64,000 bases of DNA from Candidatus Dojkabacteria bacterium. GTDB taxonomy: Bacteria; Patescibacteriota; Dojkabacteria; B142; JAFGFJ01. The notes under the pieces were generated by a model. That model was not told the origin of the DNA, did not search any database, and saw only the letters and a list, made by a program, of their open reading frames with translations. Of the stretch, positions 38,601 to 48,501 are shown piece after piece. The stretch covers positions 13,115-77,114 of the forward strand of contig JAFGFJ010000006.1 of NCBI GenBank assembly GCA_016931155.1. Reading direction: 5' to 3'. A program made the position numbers and the translations under genes. How positions within the stretch are numbered: position 1 is the stretch's first letter; the number at the start of each line of letters is the position of its first letter.

Positions 38601-39455
38601 AATTTCGGCGGTTATTTTTTTTATCTCTTTATCAAGATCAAGTCTCTCTACCAGCTTTTTTATTGCCTCAGCACCCATACCAATCTCATAGAACTGTTCA
38701 CCATACTCTCTCAAAGCAGAATAATCATCTTCAGAAATTGTTGCTCCCTCCTCAATACTCTCAACCAAATCCAGATGCTCCTTAACTTTTGCTCTTCTCC
38801 CTTCTTCTTTTTGAGCATAAATCGACCTGAGCTTTGCCTCCTCTTTCTTAAGATCATTTTTCATTTTTTCTATCTGGAACTTTACCTTATCTTTCTCTTT
38901 TCCTTTCTCCAGCTTTTTACTCTGTTTATCGAACTTATCAGTAAGCTCCTTTATCTTTTCTCCAAGTTCAGCAGAAACCTCCTTTTTTTCAGAAGTGTCT
39001 TTTTCCTTTACCTGCTTAATTATTATTTTTTTCCCTTCCTCATTTACAGATGTGACAAGATATCTTGCAAAATATATTACCGTCTCAAGTTTTTTCTGTG
39101 GAATATCAAGAATCAAAGAAAGTTTGTTTGGAACTCCATGTGAGAACCAGACATGAGATACTGGAGATGCAAGCTTAATGTGCCCTATCCTTTCCCTCCT
39201 CACTCTCTTATGTGTCACTTCTACTCCACATTTATCACAAACAATACCTTTATACCTTATTTTCTTATACTTCCCGCAATAACACTCAAAGTTCTTTGTC
39301 GGACCAAAGATTTTTTCACACATCAAACCGTCAACTTCCGGCCTGTTTGTTCGGTAATTTATTGTCTCAGCCTTTCTTACTTCACCATGAGACCACGACA
39401 AGACCTGTTGCGGACTTGCAATAGATATTTTGAGTGCTTTAAAATCCTTAATCAT
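35604..39455 (-). CDS. rpoC: RNA polymerase beta' subunit
   Basis: NADFDGD, GKRVDYSGR. Confidence 0.98.
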   Translation of the reverse strand: MIKDFKALKISIASPQQVLSWSHGEVRKAETINYRTNRPEVDGLMCEKIFGPTKNFECYCGKYKKIRYKGIVCDKCGVEVTHKRVRRERIGHIKLASPVSHVWFSHGVPNKLSLILDIPQKKLETVIYFARYLVTSVNEEGKKIIIKQVKEKDTSEKKEVSAELGEKIKELTDKFDKQSKKLEKGKEKDKVKFQIEKMKNDLKKEEAKLRSIYAQKEEGRRAKVKEHLDLVESIEEGATISEDDYSALREYGEQFYEIGMGAEAIKKLVERLDLDKEIKKITAEIETTKSDLKAKKIVKRLRILLGMKKNNIDPTSIVTDIIPVLPADLRPIIQLAGGRFATSDLNDLYRRVINRNNRLKRLVNLGAPEIILRNEKRMLQEAVDALMDNSHRPGNAVLNTAGQPYKSLSDMLRGKQGRFRQNLLGKRVDYSGRAVIVAGPELSIYQCGIPKIMALELFKPFVIREIIADGFAPNLKSAKNYFESKSHEVWDILERVIKDRPVLLNRAPTLHKQGIQAFFPILTEGNAIQIHPMICSGFNADFDGDQMAVHVPLSKKAIEEVLDRMFASSNVLLQADGRPVINANKDMALGIYYLTGEKEGAETRLYGSVNEAIGAHNNGEVEIFDKVKISINEEIIESTIGRLIFNEILPEGFRFVNSQITKGQIGDIASEILEKYGNNEAVRFLDDIEYLGFKYATKSGISVSISDFLSSDKRESVLADVEKREDQLTQDYYSGLVTQEEKRRLIEQIWFETIDTISEDVWKKYEEAGNNLAIFEASGATPVKNPLRQISGVKGLILDPLGKTVELPLRSNYKDGLPGLEYFVAARGTRKGLADTALKTAESGYLTRRLVDVAQDVITRIEDCETKNGIYLNRDDERRMTFRERVTGRFAAENIIDEKTGEVIVKNGDEITRELAHIIDESGISKIKVRSALTCDSMEGICRKCYGYSLGDGKLIEKGIAVGVIAAQAMGEAATQLTLNTKHLGGRAGLDITQGLPRVAELFEARTPKAKAILSENDGKVKIMKDEGGLNIKIIVTAERKMEKEYEVKKGDDVPFKKSKKVNKGDVILIKKSGIEIKSEQDGQATLTDGKIIVSGVKSVEQEYVLEPGVDIVVKDGDQITMGTPLTAGSLDPKEIMEFRGVEEAQAYIIDQVQKTYGVQGIGLDDKHVEVVVRQMSRYGKITDTGGSEFLPEEYLAFLILDEKNNELKKANKEQIKYVRQILGITTAALKTESFLSSASFEQQVRVLTDAALVGKVDNLRGLKENVIIGRPVPLGKELLKKV

Positions 39456-39519
39456 TTTGGCCTTCCATTAATTAAATAAACTTTTCCGGCACCACTGTCT
39501 CCGGAAATCGTAGTCTGAT

Positions 39520-42500
39520 CTACTCTTCTGGTGCCTCTTCACTCGTTTCCTCTTCTATTGCCTCATCCGCTCCCCCTTTAATCTCAAAAGATTCATTATC
39601 TACCAACTCTTTTTCTGCTTCCTCCGGAGTCGACTGACTGCCAATCTCTTCGTCGGGGACGCCTTCTACTATCTCGTTTTCATCAATTTCGTCAACATCA
39701 GGCTCGACCATTTGCAGATCAAGAAGAAGCGCCCTGAGCTCTGAGAGTAATACCTTGAATGACTCAGGAACATGAGGCGCCTCGATCGGCTGACCTTGAA
39801 TAATCGCTTTGTAAGCCGCTGCTCTTCCAACAACATCGTCTGACTTAATAGTAAGCATTTCATGGAGTACGTTTGGAACCGCATGAGCTTCAAGTGCCCA
39901 CACTTCCATTTCTCCAAACCTCTGCCCTCCAAATTGCGCTTTTCCTCCAAGTGGCTGTTGTGTGACCATAGTATATGATCCTGTAGATCTCCCATGTATC
40001 TTATTATCTGCCAAATGATTCAATTTCAAATAATATCTCGGACCAACAAGTACCTGCTGATCGAATTTCTCCCCTGTCCTGCCATCTATTAAAGTCTTTT
40101 TTTCTGTATAATCAATCCCCGCTTCCTTGACCATTTTTTCAAGTTTATCGATATCCACAGGAGCAAATGGAGGAACAATCACTCTTATCCCGAGTTCATT
40201 TGCAAGAGCTGCAACCTTTGTCTCCTTAAGTTGTCCCAAATTCATACGCCTTATAAATATTGGGGAAATCACAATATCTACTGGAGTACCGTCTTCAAGG
40301 TGAGGCATGTCTTCCTCAGGAAGAATCTTACTGATTACACCCTTATCACCATGAAGTCCAGTAAGCTTATCTCCTACTGATATTTTGTGGGTTCTTGCGA
40401 CCCATACTTTTACCTGTTTTAAAACCCCAGGATTTAATTTGTCTCTTTTTTCTTTATCCAAAACCTGTACTCCAATTACTACACCCTTGTCTCCATGAGG
40501 AAGTCTTAAAGAGTTATCTCTCACATCTCTTGCATATTCCCCAAATACTGCCCTAAGAAGCTTTTCTTCCGCAGTAAGTTCAGTCTCACCCTTGGGAGCA
40601 ATAATTCCAACTAAAATATCCTGAGACTGGACACTTGCTCCAACTCTTACAAGACCCTCTTTGTCAAGATTTCTCAAAGCATACTCCCCTACATTCGGAA
40701 TATCTCTAGTAATCTGTTCATTTCCCAGTTCGGTTTCCCTTATATCCTGAATATACTCTTTTATATGAACTGAAGTTAAAAGATCTTCTCTTACAAGTCT
40801 TTCTGAAACAATAATTGCATCCTCATAATTGTATCCGTCAAAGAACATATATGCCGCAAGAACATTTCTTCCAAGAGCAAGCTCACCATTATCCATAGAC
40901 GGCCCATCAATTAGTATATCCCCTTGTTTAACTTTATCGCCTGTTGTAACCACACAGCGCTGACTGAAACAGGTGTTCTGGTTTGTCCTTACAAATTTTT
41001 CTACTTCGTACTCTTTCCTGGCAGGTTTTATATTTTTATATTTAACCACAACTTTTTCCGCATCAGCATATTCAACTTCTCCCTCATCATCAGCCTGAAT
41101 CAATCTGCCTGACGCTTCAGCTACAGTTTTCTCAAAACCCGTTCCAACAACAGGAGCCTTTGGAAACACCAAGGGAACAGCCTGTCTCTGCATATTTGAT
41201 CCCATCAAACTTCTGGTTGGATCATCATTCGCCGAGAAAGGAATCAGGGAAAGTCCAAGTCCTGCAATTTGACCTGGATTGATATCAATATAATCAATTT
41301 CCGTTACTGGAACCTTTGTATAACTCCCGCCAAACCTTACAAAAGCAGTCTCATCAAGTAGTTTTCCTTCTTTATCACGATCCAGCAAGGCAGGCCCGAT
41401 CCTATATTTCATCTCTTCATCAGGATCAAGATAAACAGGGTTTGATGCATCAATATATGGTTCCACAACGATTTCTCCGTCAGTTTTTTCAATTTTTGAG
41501 ATTAAGCCTTTGGTTATTACTTCACCTTTTTTTGCAAGTACTTTTCCGCTTTTATCAAGAATCTGTTGTGAAAACTTTCTACCCACTACCTCGGCTACAG
41601 CATCTTTTTCAGAAACTAGAATTTTTGAAATAACCTTATAGTATGGTGCTTCCAAAAATCCATAGTCATTAATCCTGGCATAAACTGACATGTGACTAAC
41701 AATACCAATCGATGGTCCCTCAGGAGTAGTAACAGGGCAAAGTCTTGAATAATGAGAGCTATGAACATCTCTAACAGAAAATGTTGCTCTTTCTTTTGTA
41801 AGCCCTCTTGGACCACCAGCTGTAATCCTTCTCTTCGTTTCAATTTCTGAAAGAATATTTTCTTGATCCATGTACCTTGAAACCGCACTTGATCCAAAGA
41901 ACGAGTTTATCGCCGCAATAATAGGTCTTGTGTTTATCAAAACAGAGGGAGTAATTAATTCCTCGGAACCGTATGTACTCATTCTATCCTTTATATTCTT
42001 TTCCATTTTCAACACTCCTGCCCTTATTCTTTCCCCAATCAGCTCTCCAACCCCACGGATTCTTCTATTTGCAAGATGATCGATATCATCTTCCCTCTTT
42101 TCTCCTGCATTCAGTTTCAAAAGTGCTTTTACGACAGCTACAATATCATCCTTATAAAGAACATAATTTTCCGGTCTGATTTCTCTTTTTGTCCCCAGCT
42201 TTTTATTCAACTTATACCTTCCCACCCTGCCAAGATAAAATCTTCTTTTATCGAAGAAGAGACCCTCTACAAAAGCCTTGGCATTTTCAAGATTTATGGA
42301 ATCCTCCGGTCTTAATTTTCTGTAAATATCAAGAAGTGCTTCTTCAGTGCTTTTTGAGGTATCTTTTGAAAGTGTCTTTTCAAAAAATTCTACCTCTTTT
42401 TCGCTCGCCTCTTTATCAAGAAGAATTCTCTTTAAATCCTCATCAGAAGAATACCCGAGAGCACGAACAAGAGTAGTAAGCAAAATCCTCGGTCTCTTGT

Positions 42501-43044
42501 CAATAAGTTTAACTGACAATACTCCATGCTTATTCATCTCAAAGTCAAACCATCGACCACGAAGAGGCATAAGCTTTACAATAAAGAGAGGTTCCAGGTC
42601 TTTCCCGGTACCCGTACGAACAAAAAGTACGCCCTCAGAGCGTACTATCTGCATAACAATTACCCTTTCATTCCCGTTCACTACAAAAGTCCCTCTCTCT
42701 CCCATAACCGGAATATCAGCGACAAAAAGCTTTTGTTTTTTTACTTCTCCCGTTTTCTTGTTTGTAAGTTTTGTTTCTATATAAAGAGGTCGATCGAAGG
42801 AAAGCCCAAGTTTCTGAGCATCTCTAAAGCTCAAAGAGATTTTACCCCATTCAATGTCTCCAAATTCCAACACCCACGATTCACCAGTATAATCAGTAAT
42901 AGGATTTATTTCGTTAAAAATTTCCTCTATTCCTTCCTTTATCAAAAGGTCAAAAGAGCCAAATTGAGCCTCGAGAAGGTTCGGTGAAAGTGTAGTAAAT
43001 TCTTTGGTTACCAGGTTTACCCTGTCAACGGTTTTGTTGACCAT
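39520..43044 (-). CDS. rpoB: RNA polymerase beta subunit
   Basis: GSNMQRQAVP, GDKLTGLHGDKG, GGQRFGEMEVWALE. Confidence 0.98.
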   Translation of the reverse strand: MVNKTVDRVNLVTKEFTTLSPNLLEAQFGSFDLLIKEGIEEIFNEINPITDYTGESWVLEFGDIEWGKISLSFRDAQKLGLSFDRPLYIETKLTNKKTGEVKKQKLFVADIPVMGERGTFVVNGNERVIVMQIVRSEGVLFVRTGTGKDLEPLFIVKLMPLRGRWFDFEMNKHGVLSVKLIDKRPRILLTTLVRALGYSSDEDLKRILLDKEASEKEVEFFEKTLSKDTSKSTEEALLDIYRKLRPEDSINLENAKAFVEGLFFDKRRFYLGRVGRYKLNKKLGTKREIRPENYVLYKDDIVAVVKALLKLNAGEKREDDIDHLANRRIRGVGELIGERIRAGVLKMEKNIKDRMSTYGSEELITPSVLINTRPIIAAINSFFGSSAVSRYMDQENILSEIETKRRITAGGPRGLTKERATFSVRDVHSSHYSRLCPVTTPEGPSIGIVSHMSVYARINDYGFLEAPYYKVISKILVSEKDAVAEVVGRKFSQQILDKSGKVLAKKGEVITKGLISKIEKTDGEIVVEPYIDASNPVYLDPDEEMKYRIGPALLDRDKEGKLLDETAFVRFGGSYTKVPVTEIDYIDINPGQIAGLGLSLIPFSANDDPTRSLMGSNMQRQAVPLVFPKAPVVGTGFEKTVAEASGRLIQADDEGEVEYADAEKVVVKYKNIKPARKEYEVEKFVRTNQNTCFSQRCVVTTGDKVKQGDILIDGPSMDNGELALGRNVLAAYMFFDGYNYEDAIIVSERLVREDLLTSVHIKEYIQDIRETELGNEQITRDIPNVGEYALRNLDKEGLVRVGASVQSQDILVGIIAPKGETELTAEEKLLRAVFGEYARDVRDNSLRLPHGDKGVVIGVQVLDKEKRDKLNPGVLKQVKVWVARTHKISVGDKLTGLHGDKGVISKILPEEDMPHLEDGTPVDIVISPIFIRRMNLGQLKETKVAALANELGIRVIVPPFAPVDIDKLEKMVKEAGIDYTEKKTLIDGRTGEKFDQQVLVGPRYYLKLNHLADNKIHGRSTGSYTMVTQQPLGGKAQFGGQRFGEMEVWALEAHAVPNVLHEMLTIKSDDVVGRAAAYKAIIQGQPIEAPHVPESFKVLLSELRALLLDLQMVEPDVDEIDENEIVEGVPDEEIGSQSTPEEAEKELVDNESFEIKGGADEAIEEETSEEAPEE

Positions 43045-43301
43045 AGCTATCTACTAAGTAGAAATAAACTAATAAAAAGATAACAACGCGAAAATACGCA
43101 CTGAAAGACCGAAGTGCGTAGTAACTAACACTTAACCAACGTTGTACAGGCTTGCTTGGTGCAAATTTATAACTAGTTATATCTAGTAGTGGATTTTTAT
43201 ACCATAGAAAAACCTCGCTGTCAACAGCTGTGTTCTCATAAACGATTAATTTTTGACTTTATTACACCCTGTAACAATAGAAGTTTTATCACTTGCAATG
43301 A

Positions 43302-43523
43302 TTATTCTTCTCCCCTTATTTCACTCAAAGGAACAGAGATTTTATCTTTTTCCTCCACCACCTTTCCAAGAACATCTTCAGAGATAGTCCCCTGTATTGG
43401 TGTGACAATAAAATTAAATTCCTGATTTTCCCTGCCTGTAATTGCATTGTAAAATTGTACTCCTGTCCATATAAGAAGAGTAGTTGCTCCTATAATTATC
43501 AGCATTATCCAGGTTTTTGACAT
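43302..43523 (-). CDS. Small single-TM protein of pil-like cluster
   Basis: N-terminal TM; follows PilO-like gene. Confidence 0.65.
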   Translation of the reverse strand: MSKTWIMLIIIGATTLLIWTGVQFYNAITGRENQEFNFIVTPIQGTISEDVLGKVVEEKDKISVPLSEIRGEE

Positions 43524-43544
43524 TTTGTAAATTTAAAATAGTTA

Positions 43545-44168
43545 CTAACTTTCCTGTGTTCTCCAAAAATAAACCACGGCCTTAATACTCACTTTTAAGT
43601 TCTGATCTGGTGTTACATATAACAACGCCTCGTCCCCAACTTGTTGCATAGAAATCTCTATTATATTGATGGGACGTGGAAAATCCTCAAGCAGACGGAT
43701 AAAGTTTCCCACTCCAATACTGTTCGCCTGAATAGTAGTAGTAAAAATATACGTTTGCACATTGTCCGGGATTTCCCTCATTTTGAACTCGGTATCTTCA
43801 GCAACACCCATGCTCAATACTTTTACATTTAATCTTTCTGCTCCAACTGTCAAATTCGCTATAAACTCATCCTCCCGTCTTGAATCAGGAATAATCTCGT
43901 CATTTAAAAATGTAACAGCCTCGGTCTGGGTTTCTTCTATCTGTACCAAGCTCTGAATGTTTTTAAATTTTGTATCCATTTTTGATAAAACCTCTTTCCT
44001 CTCAGCATTTTCTGATATTTGGGTCAGTATCCTGACAATAGAAGGTCTAATTACCACGAAAATCATAAGTATAGTCAATAAAACAGTAATACCGGCGACA
44101 GAAAACGTTCTTCTCTGTGGAGTAGAAAAAAGATCTTCCAGTCTTGGATTTCTGGTTTTAATTGCCAT
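43545..44168 (-). CDS. PilO-like type IV pilus assembly protein
   Basis: TM, coiled coil, FIRLLEDFPRPINI ferredoxin-like end. Confidence 0.7.
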   Translation of the reverse strand: MAIKTRNPRLEDLFSTPQRRTFSVAGITVLLTILMIFVVIRPSIVRILTQISENAERKEVLSKMDTKFKNIQSLVQIEETQTEAVTFLNDEIIPDSRREDEFIANLTVGAERLNVKVLSMGVAEDTEFKMREIPDNVQTYIFTTTIQANSIGVGNFIRLLEDFPRPINIIEISMQQVGDEALLYVTPDQNLKVSIKAVVYFWRTQES

Positions 44169-44240
44169 TTGCCTTTTTTATATGTAATTAAAATTCTGCT
44201 TACCGGTAAATACCGTCTTACAAGTCATCAAAACTTTTAG

Positions 44241-44801
44241 TTATTTAAAAAATCGTGAATTATGATCCTTAACAATCGCCCTAAGAGCAAATGTTCCTTC
44301 ATCTACACCTTCCCCTCCCTCATTTTGAACCTCAAAAACCTCAGTTCTCTGAAATGTTTGCGAATTTTTCAGAGAACCTTCTAAAGTTGATACTGGACCC
44401 AGAGCTGAAAACCCTCTAATGAGCAGAATCTCATTTTTAAACTGAACATTTATCTCAGAGGATATCGTCGGAAGATACATGTTAATTTCTTCCCAGATAT
44501 CTGCATAACCCGAAGATGTTTCCCATATCTCTTGATAAGCATTTGCTTTTCCAATAACACCTCTGAAATACTTTTCCTTATCAGCAATTACCTCCAGCCT
44601 GGCTTCCTGAACCCTTATTTTTTCATCCAGATTCTTTGTCTGACTATCAAGAACAAATCTTGTTACAAAAGCAGCAAATACTATTACCTCTACAAGTATA
44701 ATGATTACCCTTGCTGTACCTACTACCCAGGCATAGGCTTTATCCCAGAATGTTGCAGGTGCTTCCTGTGGTTGTAGTAAATTAAAACCCTTTCGTGACA
44801 T
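44241..44801 (-). CDS. PilN-like type IV pilus assembly protein
   Basis: FNLLQP start, TM, coiled coil, LKNSQTF. Confidence 0.7.
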   Translation of the reverse strand: MSRKGFNLLQPQEAPATFWDKAYAWVVGTARVIIILVEVIVFAAFVTRFVLDSQTKNLDEKIRVQEARLEVIADKEKYFRGVIGKANAYQEIWETSSGYADIWEEINMYLPTISSEINVQFKNEILLIRGFSALGPVSTLEGSLKNSQTFQRTEVFEVQNEGGEGVDEGTFALRAIVKDHNSRFFK

Positions 44802-45162
44802 AAGCAGTTATTTATATGGATCAGTCTAGCATATATTTATTAAGTGTTTAAACCTATATGTAAGTCCTGAACACACTTAACAGTTTATAGTCAGTCCTCA
44901 GCAACTCCTCAAAAGATCTTGTAAAACCCAATTCACAGCCTGTTTCAAACAGAGTTCTCTTTATTGAACTCGCACACATATAATGAAGTTGTAGTAGGGT
45001 TGGCAACAGTCACAAGCTGAATGTTATAATTCACTTCGTTTCGATAGATATTTATATTGAGCTCAGATTAAGATATATTTTCTTTTTACACAATTTGTGC
45101 CGGTTTACATTTCGTTTGTGCCCGATAGTAAATGGATTAAGTCTATCCAAAAAGATCTGTAT

Positions 45163-45252
<90 letters not shown>

Positions 45253-45355
45253 TTTTACATTCAGCGAAATTGAAAGATGTTGCCCTTGACCCACCCAACC
45301 CATTCGAGGGCAACGCTAAGGAACTCCCTTTTTTCTTTACGAAATAGAAATATTT

Positions 45356-45422
45356 TAGTAATATTATATTGTGGTTAATTTGTTGAAGCATAAAATTATA
45401 ATACCACAATTTAATATTACTA
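45356..45422. promoter_or_regulatory. 20-bp inverted-repeat operator around the -10 of the C gene
   Basis: TAGTAATATTATATTGTGGT / ACCACAATTTAATATTACTA (1 mismatch); TATAAT at 45397-45402. Confidence 0.65.
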
Positions 45423-45429
45423 TTTTAAT

Positions 45430-45624
45430 ATGGTAGAGTCAAGCAAAATCAAACGAATAAGAGAGAAAATGGGGTTATCGCAAGAAAAGCTAGCCCGTCT
45501 TGCTGATGTTTCCAATAATACGATAATCAACATTGAAGCTGGCAAGCAACAAAACCCAACCATTGATACAATTAAAAAAATCGCAAAGGCATTAAATGTG
45601 CCAATCGAGGATTTAATAAAATAA
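45430..45624 (+). CDS. XRE-family controller (C) protein
   Basis: LSQEKLARLADVSNNTIINIEAG HTH directly before REase. Confidence 0.88.
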   Translation: MVESSKIKRIREKMGLSQEKLARLADVSNNTIINIEAGKQQNPTIDTIKKIAKALNVPIEDLIK

Positions 45625-45628
45625 AACT

Positions 45629-46477
45629 ATGGAAACAAATTTACTTATTGCAATATCAAATTTAGTTAAAAATCCAATTACAAATTTGGTCTCTCATTAT
45701 CGTGCTGCCAACCGTGCCAATAGCATGGGTGACGCTTTAGAATTTTATATCAAAGATTTGTTTTGCAATTCCCTAAATGAAAATAATCTTGAAAAGAAAA
45801 ATGAAATTTACAGCAAATATTTTTCTTATATTGGAAATCAAAATAATCCGCCAGATATTATTATCAAACAAGGCGATGCAATAGAGGTTAAAAAAATTGA
45901 AAGTTTGCGTTCTGGAATTGCGCTTAATAGTTCTTATCCCAAAGATAAGCTATTTTCTGATAGCCCAATGATAACTACGGCTTGCAGAAATTGTGAAGAT
46001 TGGCGAGAAAAAGATTTGGTTTATGTTGTTGGTGTTTCAAAAGACGACAAACTAAAGGCTTTGTGGCTTGTTTATGGTAATTGTTATTCCGCAAATAAAG
46101 AGGTTTATGAAAGAATAAGAGATAAAATTTCAAAAGGCGTTAATGAATTACAAGATGTTGAATTTTCGGAAACAAACGAACTTGGAAGGGTCAATCGTGT
46201 TGATCCTCTCGGAATAACTTATTTGCGCATTCGTGGAATGTGGGGTATCGAAAATCCTATTAAGATTTTTGATTATGTTATTCCGACAGAGCAGAATTCT
46301 GAATTTTTTGTTAATGCAATTTTGTTGAAAGAAAAATACTTGTCCTTTCCTGAAAAAGACAGAATAAATCTTGAGAGTTTAGTTAGTGTTAACTTTTCAA
46401 TAAAAGATATAAAAATAAAATCGCCAAACAACCCAGCAAAATTGTTGGAGGCGAAGTTATTAAGTTTTAGAAAATAA
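45629..46477 (+). CDS. NgoPII-family type II restriction endonuclease (GGCC-type)
   Basis: NRANSMGDALE, NNPPD, AIEVKK, LNSSYPK, RVDPLGITYLRIRGMW. Confidence 0.88.
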   Translation: METNLLIAISNLVKNPITNLVSHYRAANRANSMGDALEFYIKDLFCNSLNENNLEKKNEIYSKYFSYIGNQNNPPDIIIKQGDAIEVKKIESLRSGIALNSSYPKDKLFSDSPMITTACRNCEDWREKDLVYVVGVSKDDKLKALWLVYGNCYSANKEVYERIRDKISKGVNELQDVEFSETNELGRVNRVDPLGITYLRIRGMWGIENPIKIFDYVIPTEQNSEFFVNAILLKEKYLSFPEKDRINLESLVSVNFSIKDIKIKSPNNPAKLLEAKLLSFRK

Positions 46478-46478
46478 T

Positions 46479-47456
46479 ATGAAATTAGCTTCTTTATTTA
46501 CAGGTGCAGGTGGATTAGACTTAGGCTTTGAAAGAGCTGGTTTTCATGTTGTTTGGGCAAATGAATATGACTCTACAATTTGGGAAACATTCGAACATAA
46601 TTTTCCCAAAACAAAATTAGACAAAAGAAGTATTGTAGATGTTCCAGCGTCTGAAATTCCAGATGTTGATGGAATAATTGGAGGTCCTCCTTGTCAGAGT
46701 TGGAGTGAGGCTGGGGCTGGTCGTGGGATAAATGACAAAAGAGGTAAATTATTTTATGATTACATTCGATTATTAAAAGAAAAACAACCAAAGTTCTTTC
46801 TTGCCGAAAATGTATCTGGAATTTTACACCCAAAACATAAAGAGGCATTTTCAAACATCATCAAAGAATTTGAAAATGCGGGGTATGTTATTTCATGCAA
46901 ACTATTAAATGCTAATGATTATGATGTTCCAGAGGATAGGCTTCGTGTAATTATTGTTGGTTATCATAAAAGATTAAAAAAGAAATTTGAATTTCCAGAA
47001 CCACAAAAATATAAACCAGTATTGAAAGATGCTATTTTTGATTTACGATTAGCAAAACCAGCATTAGATAAAAATAAAACAAACGGTGATGTGTTGAAAA
47101 TTCCAAACCATGAGTATATGAATGGTGGTTTTTCTTCAATCTACATGTCGAGAAATCGTGTCCGTTCGTGGGATGAACCCTCTTTTACTATTCAAGCAGG
47201 TGGTCGCCACGCACCAATTCACCCACAAGCACCAAAAATGAAATTTATTGAACAAAATAAAAGAATTTTTGTTCCTGGAAAAGAACGTTTATATCGCCGT
47301 TTGTCTGTTCGTGAATGTGCAAGAATACAAACATTTCCTGATAATTTTATTTTCAAATATCGTGATATTGCTGACGGATATAAAATGATTGGAAATGCTG
47401 TTGCGGTAAATTTTGCGCACCATTTGGCAAAAAAAATCATGAATGATCTAAAATAA
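46479..47456 (+). CDS. C5 cytosine methyltransferase (M.HaeIII-like)
   Basis: GGPPCQSWSEAG, ENV, SRNRVRSWDEPSFTIQAGGR, YKMIGNAV. Confidence 0.93.
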   Translation: MKLASLFTGAGGLDLGFERAGFHVVWANEYDSTIWETFEHNFPKTKLDKRSIVDVPASEIPDVDGIIGGPPCQSWSEAGAGRGINDKRGKLFYDYIRLLKEKQPKFFLAENVSGILHPKHKEAFSNIIKEFENAGYVISCKLLNANDYDVPEDRLRVIIVGYHKRLKKKFEFPEPQKYKPVLKDAIFDLRLAKPALDKNKTNGDVLKIPNHEYMNGGFSSIYMSRNRVRSWDEPSFTIQAGGRHAPIHPQAPKMKFIEQNKRIFVPGKERLYRRLSVRECARIQTFPDNFIFKYRDIADGYKMIGNAVAVNFAHHLAKKIMNDLK

Positions 47457-47459
47457 TTT

Positions 47460-47888
47460 ATGGAAAATAGTTTATTAACAATACTTTTATTACCAATTTT
47501 GACCGCAGTTATAGGCTCTTATCTTACTTATTATTTTGCAAATAAGTCAAAAAAGGGCGAAGCGATTTTGAGATTCAAGGAAGAAAAATATTCAAATCTA
47601 CTTATTCTTTTACAGGGCTTCGTTGGAAAAACAACATCTGGTGAAACTAAAAAGAAATTTTTTGAAGAACAATATAAGTCTTGGCTTTATTCTTCTGACG
47701 AAGTAGTGCAGTCAATAAACGAAATGGTTAAATTGGTTATTGAATCAAGAGGAAAAGAGCCTGAGCCTGAAAAAGGAAGAAAAGCCGTTGGTGAAATCGT
47801 TCTTAAAATACGTAAAGATTTATTAGGCAAATCAAAATTAGGCTTTAAAGATTTTCAATATACGGATGTTATTGATAAAGACTTATGA
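47460..47888 (+). CDS. Hypothetical protein with N-terminal TM
   Basis: 142 aa, tightly coupled to MTase. Confidence 0.7.
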   Translation: MENSLLTILLLPILTAVIGSYLTYYFANKSKKGEAILRFKEEKYSNLLILLQGFVGKTTSGETKKKFFEEQYKSWLYSSDEVVQSINEMVKLVIESRGKEPEPEKGRKAVGEIVLKIRKDLLGKSKLGFKDFQYTDVIDKDL

Positions 47889-47909
47889 GATTACTACGAA
47901 AGAAACAAT

Positions 47910-48380
47910 ATGGAAGAAAATAATAAATTCAAAATTTTGTTTGAATCAATCAAAAGCAAATTTGATTATTTATCAATCGCCGATAACTGCCTAGACGGAA
48001 AAGCTGGAACTTTAATGGGGTTTGAGATTACTTTGGGAATTGGTTATTTGTCATTCGTTATCGGCGATCTTGAGGGGATTAAATTTTATGAAGGCGTGAT
48101 TGGGTTAGCATTACTAGGAATTTCAACAATTTTGCTTTTGATTGTAAATTGGCCTAAAAATTACATTACAATTTCCGTAAATATTTTTGACCATAAGGAA
48201 TATTTAGAAAAATCTGAAAAAGATTTGCTCTTACAACTTACAAGCGATGCTCAAAATGCTTTTACAGAAAATAACAAAATTTTGAAAAGAAAAGTTAAGC
48301 TATATCGACTTGCAACGGCTTTGTTGATTATTTCTTCATTTTTGCTTATATTATCTAAAGTAGGAAAATTTTATGTCTGA
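47910..48380 (+). CDS. 3-TM membrane protein (Pycsar-effector-like topology)
   Basis: DGKA before TM1, TM2 ending WP, K-x-K before TM3. Confidence 0.7.
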   Translation: MEENNKFKILFESIKSKFDYLSIADNCLDGKAGTLMGFEITLGIGYLSFVIGDLEGIKFYEGVIGLALLGISTILLLIVNWPKNYITISVNIFDHKEYLEKSEKDLLLQLTSDAQNAFTENNKILKRKVKLYRLATALLIISSFLLILSKVGKFYV

Positions 48381-48501
48381 CGAAAATAAACAAAATCAAA
48401 CACCGCAACAACCCGCACCGAAAGAACAGCCAAAAGCTGAACCTAAACCCGTGGAGTTGCCAAAGCCGAATCAAGGCGAAGTTGTAACTAAGGGCGGATA
48501 G
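48373..48501 (+). CDS. 42-aa Pro/Gln-rich peptide MSDENKQNQTPQQPAPKEQPKAEPKPVELPKPNQGEVVTKGG
   Basis: ATG overlaps upstream stop (ATGTCTGA); below ORF-track cutoff. Confidence 0.65.
   Translation: MSDENKQNQTPQQPAPKEQPKAEPKPVELPKPNQGEVVTKGG

Noticed and set aside
35811-42987. Many + strand ORFs within rpoBC, and similar shadows in valS, metG, dnaA and dnaN
   Set aside because: Antisense or alternate-frame shadows of conserved genes
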